Shown here: positions 54,061-64,000 of the stretch, piece by piece
Position numbering within the stretch: position 1 is the stretch's first letter
Layout: each line of letters starts with the position of its first letter
Origin: Octopus sinensis
Lineage: Eukaryota
Direction: 5' to 3'
NCBI RefSeq assembly: GCF_006345805.1
Contig: NC_043005.1
Location: 35,216,001-35,280,000 of the forward strand
DNA: 64,000 bases
Made by a program: the position numbers and the translations under genes
Notes under the pieces: model-generated
The model's database searches: none
Seen by the model: only the letters and a program-made list of their open reading frames with translations
What the model was told of the DNA's origin: nothing

Positions 54061-54112
54061 GGATGATGATGATGATGATGATGATAATAATAATAATAAT
54101 AATAATAATATA
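53904..54112. repeat. (AAT)n/(GAT)n microsatellite
   Basis: Direct inspection. Confidence 0.95.
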
Positions 54113-54298
54113 AACTTCGGTTCATTTTACTATTTAGCTGAGAAAGTAAACACTCCAGCAATTGATACATATCTAAATATCTATATGTGTGTGTACACAC
54201 ACACACCTTATAGTACACACACACACACTAATAGTTATAGAATAGTTATTTGATATACAATAAAAGCCATTACATACACACACAAACGCACACACACT

Positions 54299-54329
<31 letters not shown>

Positions 54330-57235
54330 TTATATACACACATGATTGTATGGCATTTTATTCTATTGTTCAGAATGAAACTTCTGTTCTTGTTTCTCCT
54401 TTCACACATGCATGATTTAAACGCGTTTGGAAAGTGACTTCATCTGAAACCGGATGTGAAACTGAAACTTATTAACACCAGGTTAAAACTGATTCAACAT
54501 TTTTAAAAACAAATGCTGTTTATCACAGAGTGTCTCAGAGTTTCATCACACTTCTGAGACCTGGACACTGCCAAGTCCACAAAATCTTGTTGGTTAAATG
54601 ACCCTTCAACGATATAACTGTACAGTCGCATATGTATGAATGTGTGTTTTGGTGGGTGCAATCCAAACCAATGTTTTTGCATATAACCGTTGTCACGTGT
54701 TCAGCTACTAGCCCATACTTTGCTGATTGTCCGGCTGAGAAAAGCAAATTGTCAAAAGTATTGGTTTCGAACTTTGGCAGAAAGCCAGCAGGTTTGGATG
54801 AGGAGTAAGTCAATTACATCAATTCCAGTATTCAACTGGTACTTATTTTATTGACTCCAAAAAAAAAAAGAATTTGAACTCAGAACACGAAGGCATGAAA
54901 TGCCATCAAGCTTTTTGGCTGGTTTGCTAATGGCTCTGCCAATTTACCACTCTCCTTACAAATAAATATTCAAAGAAGTTTAATGAAAATATTTTCATTG
55001 ATAAATAACAATAAAAATTCAGTTCTATTAAACTTATATATTTGGAATATTTAATGTGAAATACATGTTTGGTGAGCACTAGTTAGTATTTGGCTGGAAA
55101 TTAATGAGTTTTAGCCTTAAATTACCTATGTTCTTCCAGATACAGTTCACTAATAATCCAACTGCTCAAAATTGTTTCAGGTGTTTATCGACTCCTTTGG
55201 ATAGCTGTATAGAATTCCAAGGGAACAATACTGACTACTTTGCTGTACCCCTGCTCTGGACAATGACTTTGATGATATTTGAACTCAAAATTCAAAGGGC
55301 AGGAATTAAATACTGTAACCTTACTCTATTCTATCCATTTGCCACCCTGAAATGCCCCAGTAATGTGGCTCTTTTCATAATAGTGTCAGCAAAAGCAGTG
55401 TAGGAGCAAAATATGTAGAATTGTGTAAAACATTCCCTGTAGTATCTAGAAATGTCCCTTAACATTCTGAAGTCAACCTTACATTTACTTCACCCTTCCA
55501 GGGATAATAAAATTAAATATCAGTCAATCACTGCTGAATGAATATAATAGACAGAGGACTTCTCCAAAAAGGTGTGGTTTTGAAAATCTGTTAGAAATTA
55601 GTATGGGTGCTGCACAAAGTCAGCGATTTTTGAGTGGAAAGGATTGATAATATCCATCTCAACACGTAACTGGTACTTTATATCTTAACGACCCAGAAAG
55701 GATGACAGGCAAAGTTAACTTCTGCGGGATTTGAGCTCTGAACGTAAATGAGTTCAAATGTTGTCGAGGTTGACTTTACAGTTCGACCTTTCAGAGTCAA
55801 TAAAATAAATACTAGTTGAGCAATGTCGATATAATCGACTTACCCTCCCCCCACCCCGAAATTGCTGGCCTTGTGTCAAAATTTGAAACCAATAATAAAC
55901 ATGTCAGGAAGATTCAAAAATAGTATAAAACAACGTGATACGGGAAGTGAGGAAAGATATTGTGTTAAAATGTAATTATGTAAGATAAACTTGTCTTCCA
56001 CTCACTCATTTTCCATTATATATATGTCTCTCTCTCTGTATACATGTTTATGAATGTGTCTCTGCGTGGATATATATGTATAGGTACGTGTGTGTGTACA
56101 CGCACACACACACACACAATTTATTTCATGAGAAATAAATTTGAAAAAAAAAAGAAAATGCAGCGAGGTATTTAGAACCGTAGGGAAGATTGCGTAATAC
56201 GGAAACGTTAATCATTCAGGAAATGGTTTCTTCCTGTCCAGCCACTAGGCAAAATATACTAGTGTCCTGATATTTATCCGGTCATTCTAACCAATTTTAA
56301 CAAGCTTTGTTTGAACATTTAAGAAGTACCCGATATCTTGAGGCTTTCATCCGAGGTTTAGGCTGAAGATTGAAGAAGAATTTCTGTTTTGACATTTTGT
56401 TGATATTATGAATACTTTTTGACAGAACAGACGGAACAGTTTGCTAAATGAATTCAGCAGATAACCATGGTACATCTCATACAAGTGGGTAGGTGTTCAA
56501 ATATGACACGAGTTGACAGAATCGTGGACATGGGGCTGTGTACAAGAAGGATGGATACGTGCAAATCTAGTACAGAACCGTGTGAACATATATAAAGCAA
56601 ATACGGGGCAATGGATCAGGGGAAAACAGACGGGTTCGTGGATGAGTGCGAGCAAAATGGGGAATTGGAAACTAGAGTAATGAAGAGAGAGAGAGACCTG
56701 AGGATCACTATAAGCGGGGTGGGGTAGGGGGGCTGTGGATCGGTGTATGAAGGACGATTCATCCAGAAAATGCTATCAGTGATAGGAAAATGCAATATTT
56801 ACTTAGTAGAGATAAGAACTATAAGCACTACCTAAGAAGTATCCCTGGTGGCTTATGTGCGATCAGTGCCAATAAAAATTGTATAATTCCTCTACAAAGC
56901 GCTTTTAATACAGTAATTACGAGCGCTTCGAAACACGCATCCGATAACAGTATCAACAACAGCAACAATATCACAGATTGGCACAAAGCCATACACAGGC
57001 AGAAGGAGCGGCAGAGCCGACTGAATCAACTCAATACATATCGGGTACTTTATTTTATCGACGTCGGTGGGATTCGAACCAAGGACACCGACGAGCAAAA
57101 CTGCATTTAATCCAAACCCTTAAACGATTAGGGTTTTTTGGCACAAGACCACTAATCTGTAGGAAAGTGAGATAAAGTCGACCGAAGCGACCCGGTACAG
57201 CTTGGTACATATTAGTATTTTATCAACCTCGCTGT

Positions 57236-57608
57236 TACTCTTTACTCTTTTACTTGTTTCAGTCATTTGACTGCGGCCATGCTGGAGCACCGCCTTTAGT
57301 CGAGCAAATCGATCCCGGGACTTATTCTTTGTAAGCCCAGTACTTATGCTAAGTGACGGGGACGTAAACACACCAGCATCGGTTGTCAAGCAATGCTAGG
57401 GGGTCAAACACAGACACACACACTTATATATATATACATATATACGACGGGCTTCTTTCAGTTTCCGTCTACCAAATCCACTCACAAGGCATTGGTCAGC
57501 CCGGGGCTATAGCAGAAGACACTTGCCCAAGATGCCACGCAGTGGGACTGAACCCGGAACCATGTGGTTGGTAAGCAAGCTACTTACCACACAGCCACTC
57601 CTACGCCT
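57236..57608 (-). mobile_element. Family B SINE, young, small internal deletion
   Basis: Colinear with 30880-31302. Confidence 0.9.
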
Positions 57609-58046
57609 AGTTTAGTTTCAACTAAAAACCTGATCGAATAGACGGATGATCAAGGACATTCCCTCCATGATCGTCTCGCCGTTATGACGCGCGCGCGTGC
57701 GTGTGTGTGTGTATGTCTGTCTGTCTGTCTACACAAACTTATCACTGGTTATATAAATTCACAATTCGTTGATCTGTAACTAGTTTTTTAAGTACGAACG
57801 AACGAAACTCTCACCCCTGAGTCACTCTGTTTCTTCTGCTAAATATTAATAAAAATATATACATATACTCATGTTGTGAGTTCCATTTTTCCATATAGGA
57901 TCACCAAACTAGTGTGTATATATAAATATAGACAGCAGTTTGCAATGTGACTAGGGTGTTAGAAACCCCTACATTGCTAGAAATAAGAGCTAAAATGCTC
58001 TAATGCTGTAGTCAAAGCACATAATTGTGTACATATGATGGAAGCA

Positions 58047-58393
58047 CTCCGTCGGTTACGACGACGAGGGTTCCGGTTGATCCGAATCAACGGAGCAGCC
58101 TGCTAGTGAAATTAACGTGTAAGTGGCTGAGCACTCCACAGACACGTGTATCCTTAACGTAGTTCTCGGGGATATTCAGCGTGACACACAGGTACAACAG
58201 AAACAGGAAGTAAGAGTGAGAGAAAGTTGTGGTGAAAGAGTACAGCAGGGATCACCACCATCCCCTGCCGGAGCCTCGTGGAGCTTTAGGTGCTTTCGCT
58301 CAATAAACACTCACAACGCCCGGTCTGGGAATCGAAACCGCGATCCTATGACCGCGAGTCCGCTGCCCTAACCACTGGGCCATTGCGCCTCCA
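58047..58393 (-). mobile_element. tRNA-derived SINE (family C)
   Basis: Minus strand GGAGGCGCAATGGCCCAGTGGTTAGGGCAGCGGACTCGCGGTC..GGTTTCGATTCCC tRNA-like head followed by a non-tRNA body. Confidence 0.85.
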
Positions 58394-58639
58394 CGATTGT
58401 GTACATATACACTGACAGGGACTATAATCGTCCGATACACACACACACACAACATTTTTTTTTTATCTAGACACAACTTATTAATTAATTAGTCGTGACT
58501 TTTTTTTTAATTGCAGCAAATGTAATTAATGTGTAAAAACAGTAATGTCTCGCCATACCGCGGTTCATTATTTACACTTACGTCGATTCCTCAGTGGTGT
58601 TGTTTTGCATTATTTATAATAACAATAAATATATACAAA

Positions 58640-59005
58640 GTATCCATTCTGCTAAAGGCACAAGGCCTGAAATTCTGGGGGAAGGGGACCAGTCGATTAC
58701 ATCGACCCCCCCCCCCGTGTTTCACTGGTACTTAAATTTATTGACACCGAAAGGATGAAAGGCAAAGTCGCTCCGACGGCAGTTGAATTCAGAACGTAAA
58801 GACGGACAAAATACCTATTTCTTTATTGCCCACAAGGGGCTAAACATAGAGGGGAACAAACAAGTACAGTCAAAGGGACTAAGTCGATTACATTGACCCC
58901 AGTACGTAACTGGTACTTATTTAATCGACCCCGAAAGGATGAAAGGCAAAATCGACCTCGGCGGAATTTGAACTCAGAATGTAGCGGCAGACGAAATACC
59001 GTTAA
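58640..59005 (-). mobile_element. Family A SINE composite: young copy followed by the 3' part of an older copy
   Basis: Junction AATAAAGAAATA|GGTATTTTGTCCGTC, the same as at ~12398. Confidence 0.8.
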
Positions 59006-59006
59006 G

Positions 59007-59046
<40 letters not shown>

Positions 59047-59716
59047 ATATACACAGTACAGTACTGTTTCTACTTCGCGGATTTTCATCTATCGCGGGGC
59101 GGGGTTGGAACATAAAACTCGCGATAGTCAAGGGATTACAGCAGTTAAAGAACAGCAATAATCGCCACCCATAAAAAAATAGAAGTGACATTATGCGTAT
59201 AATGAATCTTGTGCAAATATCTACAACAGTGTGTGTATATATTCGTGTTTGTTTTGCACGCGTCTTCACAGGTATATATATATATAGATGTTTGTGTGTG
59301 TGTATGTGCGACAGATATGTACGTGTGCAATTCTCATGAAAAGTTACCTGACTACTCACACACACACACACACACAGTTTGTGAGCATTATCATTGCTGT
59401 TTGTTTTGTCTGTCTCTGAGAAGACACACGGCTTTTTGTTTAGAATTTGTCTGCAAATTGAATACTTAATTAAGATAGATACGTTTGTATAGCTCGTCCT
59501 TGTCTAACACGTTTGTGGAGCATAAAGTCGGATTGTTCAAGGCTATAGATAATGTCTTTGATCGGTTTTGGGACAACATAGAGTTAAACAACAACGCCTG
59601 TAAGCCCATGAGGAATCTTCTTCGTATTTCGCTTGACGTTAGAAATGGCAGCCAAATCACATCATACAATATTTGTCGTTTATTCAAAAAAAAAAAAAAA
59701 AAGAAGTACATATTAC

Positions 59717-60116
59717 CACTAGCGTAGTTGGGGGCAACACTTTTAAAGGGGTGGTTCTTTGGGGTGTGCTGTAGGCAATTTGTTTTTGTGGGGTCCGGGG
59801 GCGGCAAACGGAAAGGCCGCCCCGGGCGCGAAACTTTTTTCCCACGAGAGTTCCGGACCCCAGTAATGAACTCATTTGCATACAACTAACCAGAGCTCAC
59901 CTTGAAAATATACATACTGTGTATTATTACTACAGTATAGCCAAGAAATCCTAAAATATCAGGCATATAATGGTGTATGCCACTTTGTGAGTACATCATA
60001 ACAGGTCTCACATAAGCACCACATTCCCCACCTCCACACCATCCTCATACATCAATTGAGCACCATCTCTATATGGGGCTAACATTAGGTGTGTGCCCCG
60101 AGCGGCTACACTAGTG
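59717..60116. mobile_element. 400-bp non-autonomous DNA transposon with 8-bp TSD (hAT-type)
   Basis: Perfect TSD CATATTAC at 59709-59716 and 60117-60124; 11-bp TIR CACTAGCGTAG / CACTAGTGTAG. Confidence 0.88.
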
Positions 60117-60389
60117 CATATTACACTATATGAGAAGAAAAAAAAACTGACGGAATGATCGCGGTTGAAACACATTTGAAAATAAATCTACTACACAGGA
60201 GTTGATACGGGGCTAGACAATGACAAGAGAAAATGTACTGACCCATGTTTAACGGCACCAAAAGTACGATTTAGGGTTATACCGCACTAATCTTAGCTCA
60301 GACTTAGAAGAACTGATCTTCTCCGATTGGACATTTTTGGCAAAACACGCCTAGAAGTCATTAAATGTTCTCTATAAAAGTTTCTTGTA

Positions 60390-61329
60390 GGCGAAAAAGC
60401 TCACATTTTCTCTGCCTCTCCCTTCTTTAGTATTTGAAACTAGTATCCTTGCATTTACTTCTGCAGCATTTGAAGCATGATTATGGATCTCAATCTTCTT
60501 AAGATCTTGATAATTTTCATCTGTATGAAGTCGCTCACCTTGCACACACGATTTTCGCACCTTCAGTTTATGCACCCCAAAGTAAAACAAAGAACATTGT
60601 TTATAAAGAAATATTCACTCCTAATGCAACACGAATACTTCAATAACGTAATTTACCATTATTATCATTATATTCAAGAATGAGCAAATTACCTATTTAA
60701 ATGAACTGTATTATACCATTCCGATTACTGTATTGATAAATAAAATAACACAAACAACTCACTTATTATCGTCATATAATAAACAAACACATGTATGAAA
60801 GTGGGATAACAGGATGGTTGGAACCAGCTTGCCTCCGACGTCTAATATTCCTATTAAGCTGTGCAAACGGAGATATTTGCGACAATGTACAGTGGTTTAA
60901 ATTCTGAACTTCACCAGCGATAATTGGGCAAGGGGAATCACTTTACTTTAGTATTTGAAACTATTATCCTTGTATTTATTTCTGCAGCATTTGAAGCATG
61001 ATTATGGATCCCAATCTTCTTAAGTTCTTGATAATTTTCACCTGTGTGAAGTCTCTTACCTTGCACACACGATTTTCGCACCTCCAGTACTATCTTCAAT
61101 CCATCTGCATTTTGCTTATCTTGATCGACTACTTTGATTTTTCCTTTCTCTGAAGTTATGATCCTGCAGGTAGTCATGTCGATGGGCAAGCGTATTGAAT
61201 AAATTTAATTCGATTTGCTTGAAAATCTTTGTTCGTAAACTATTCAGAGTAGATACTTAAAAGATAGATAGATAGATAAATAGATAGATAGATAGATAGA
61301 AAGTGAGAATTTACAAAAAACAAACAAAA

Positions 61330-61362
<33 letters not shown>

Positions 61363-61578
61363 GAGTGAGAGAGAGAGGATTAAAAAAGAAAAAAAAATAT
61401 CTAAAACTGTTCAACGATAATGTTAATTCTAAAGTGATTGTTCTAAATTTTCCCTCGAAAATCACATTAAAGCGTATTTTGGGACGAATTGGCTAGCGAC
61501 GAATTGATTTGGGGATGAACTGATCAACGATGAATTTGACCGGGGATAAATTAATCGGGGACGAATTGTCCTAGCACC
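60390..61578 (-). mobile_element. MULE/Mutator-like remnant: terminal 15-bp repeat array plus duplicated FLYWCH zinc-finger pseudogene
   Basis: 61189-60940 reads SEKGKIKVV..DGLKI-YWRCENRVCK-RLHTGENYQELKKIGIHNH after frameshift correction; second copy at ~60550-60400; about 6 GGGACGAATTG-like units at 61481-61571 ending in GGTGCTAGGACAATTCGTCC on the minus strand. Confidence 0.75.
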
Positions 61579-61677
61579 ACACACATACATACGTACATAA
61601 GCACACAAACACACACATACACACACACATGCATCAGAATGTAGGTAATGAGTTCCGTTAGGTTGTATTACACCACT

Positions 61678-61911
61678 AAAGGCGGCAAGCTGGCAGAATC
61701 GTTAGCACGTCGGGCGAAATGCTTAGCGGTATTTCGTCTGCCGTTACGTTGTGAGTTCAAATTCCGCCGAGGTCGACTTTGCCTTTCATCCTTTCGGGGT
61801 CGATAAATTAAGTACCAGTTAAGCACTGGGGTCGATATAATCGACTTAATACCTATGTCTGTCCATGTTTGTCCCCTCTATGTTCGGCCCCTTGTGGGTA
61901 ATAAAGAAATA
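61678..61911 (+). mobile_element. Young full-length family A SINE with 14-bp TSD
   Basis: TGTATTACACCACT at 61664-61677 and 61912-61925. Confidence 0.95.
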
Positions 61912-62294
61912 TGTATTACACCACTGCTGACAGCGTCAAACATCAAAAACATTGATATCTTACCACGATTATAATAATGCCAATGATGATGATGGTGAAA
62001 AAAAAAACCCACGATGTCGATGGCGACAACAAATGATAGCAATGATGGTGATGATGATGATGGTGGCGATAACTACGATGATGATGGCGACGATGGTGAT
62101 GACGGAGAGCAAATTCAGAGAACAAAATGTAAAAAGTAGTAGTTGCAGTAGTGGTAAGTTCCTTATGGACAAACATTTAGAGAGACAGGACCACCAGTGA
62201 TGACATCAGTTTCGGTTCATGATGACAAGGAGGAGCCATTGGAGAAGAAAGAACTTAGCTTTTCTCAGTATGGCGGTCATTACCGAAACCCCGC

Positions 62295-62310
62295 CACCAC
62301 CACCACCACC

Positions 62311-62342
<32 letters not shown>

Positions 62343-62660
62343 CAATTAGTATCAACTAGTAAGTAAACTATCAGCAGCAGCAGCAGCACTACCAACAACA
62401 CCTCATCATCGTCGCCACCATCACCACTTCCAGAATGTTTCTATCAACATAACCACCACCACCACCACCACCACCACCCTACTTCATGGCTCTCGTCGCT
62501 ATCCTTACCATTACCGCCACCATCCCCACTACCACCACCACCACCACTACCTCCCCCACCTATCATCACTGCCGCCACCACCACCACCATCATCCCCCAC
62601 ACAGACACATATCACTGATGCCATTCCCCCATCCACTACCACCACCACCACCACAGCAAC
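62295..62660. repeat. Compound trinucleotide tract (CAC/CAA/CAG/CAT)
   Basis: Direct inspection. Confidence 0.9.
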
Positions 62661-63158
62661 CAGTCCAAGTCACACCTGCAAGACAAGGGGCGATGGGAAT
62701 TGCAGTGTTTTTCGACAGTTAAAGAAACGGGATGAGAGGGGGACTGTTTTGAAACAGTAAAATGGTGCTGAGTGATTGAGGCGTGTTCAGTTTACTTGTG
62801 GAAAACTATTTCGTGAAAAACCACTGATCCATGGCATAGGTGTCCTTCTGTTTCCCATAGTCCCAGACGTCTGAGAGGTGAAGTTCTCCGTGGCAAGGAC
62901 TTTAAGCTGCTTATTCTACCAAACGGAAGGGCATCCCGGGCAGTACACACTCTAGCTACGCTACTGCGCATATATGTAAAGTATGAGTATAGTACATATT
63001 CATACATATATGTATGCGTGTATACTTATGCATCTATACATGCGTATGTATATATATGTATATAATATGAACATACGTACGTATGTGTGTGTGTGTAGCG
63101 TACGTGGGCATTATAGACATCCATATATACGCAAGTACACTAAACATACACACACATA

Positions 63159-63199
<41 letters not shown>

Positions 63200-63346
63200 A
63201 AATGTAATTTCATTCTTCGGCAGAAAAGTAAGATACCATTTGTACTCGTTTAAGTACTCCCTTGTAACTCATGTCGAGACTTGAAATTAAAAAGAGATAA
63301 CAAGGCACTCCAGCCATTTCGGCTCTCACCGAACTTTTCCATAGTA

Positions 63347-63680
63347 AAGGGTAAAGACCCCCTTCGGTCATGAATGACCATGGGATTGCACCTAGAAAGT
63401 TACCCTCCTAGACACAAGTCCGGGCAATGTTGTTTATGGAAGACCAGCAGTCGCCCATGCATACCAGCCTCCCCTCTCCACGCCACTAGTGTTATCCAAG
63501 GGAAAATCAAAGGTCGATACAGCTTGGCACCAGTGACGTCGCAACTCATTTCTACAGCTGAGTGAACTGGAGCAATGTGAAATAAAGTGCCTTGCTCAAG
63601 AACACAACACGCAGCCCGGTCCGGGATTCGAGCTCACAACCTCACGATCGTAAGCTCGACGCTCTAACCACTGAGCCATT
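63347..63680 (-). mobile_element. tRNA-derived CORE-type SINE (family D)
   Basis: Minus strand ATGGCTCAGTGGTTAGAGCGTCG..GAGCTCGAATCCC then TGTTCTTGAGCAAGGCACTTTATTTCACATTGCTCCAG. Confidence 0.85.
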
Positions 63681-64000
63681 AGAATTAGTAATTTGGTGGT
63701 GAATTTCTACGTTCTGAGTTTAAAAAACCCGCCGGAGACGACTTTGTCTTTCATCCTGGGGAGTTATATAGAATAAGTATCTACTGTAATACTGAGGTTG
63801 ATGTAATTTCTGAGGTTTTCAGTCAAATTTTGAAAATTATAATTTTTAAATTATGCTGTGTCTGGGGACAGTCATATTATCTTAATGCCTTATTGTCTAA
63901 CACACACACACACACACCGGTTCGATTTCCATTCATTATTTATACTTTTGAATATTTCTTTTATTTATATTTTTCTTCCAAAATTTTCTTTGCTTTTTGC

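Noticed and set aside
54695-54810. Plus-strand exon-like frame ending at GA|GTAAGT
   Set aside because: The donor and the preceding sequence derive from a decayed family A SINE (TAAGTCGATTACATC)
58320-58393. tRNA-like sequences here and at 63615-63680 and 57060-57110
   Set aside because: They are SINE heads: no complete cloverleaf or acceptor stem, and each continues into a SINE body
59485-59727. 80-aa ORF ending in an A-run, possible retrocopy
   Set aside because: No recognisable homology or TSD, and its 3' end runs into the hAT-type element
62205-62295. RTGATGA motifs with an imperfect inverted repeat, possible C/D snoRNA
   Set aside because: No downstream CTGA D box at a suitable distance

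Overview
Repeat-dense, AT-rich animal genomic DNA, most likely Octopus. This is inferred from the SINE families, the (CAT)n-tailed RTE ends and the very high microsatellite load, not from a database match. No host protein-coding gene can be named with confidence, and nearly all ORF-track entries are translations of (TA)n, (AC)n, (AG)n or (AAT)n repeats. The window holds four tRNA-derived SINE families, many RTE-LINE 3' ends (one an extreme internal-deletion derivative), a CR1/L2-like LINE end, a maT-like (DD37D) Tc1/mariner remnant, Tc1-type and piggyBac-type MITEs, a 400-bp hAT-type element with a perfect 8-bp TSD, a MULE/FLYWCH remnant, a probable Penelope GIY-YIG remnant and several foldback palindromes. 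The most notable signal is a four-copy ~200-bp element carrying a minimal type-I hammerhead-ribozyme-like fold with a non-canonical core (CUGUUGAA). A CpG-depleted domain (~7.4-55 kb) suggests a methylated gene body, and candidate minus-strand exons, including 9-nt and 18-nt microexons, lie inside it unverified. Repeat boundaries are approximate unless a TSD or TIR is quoted.
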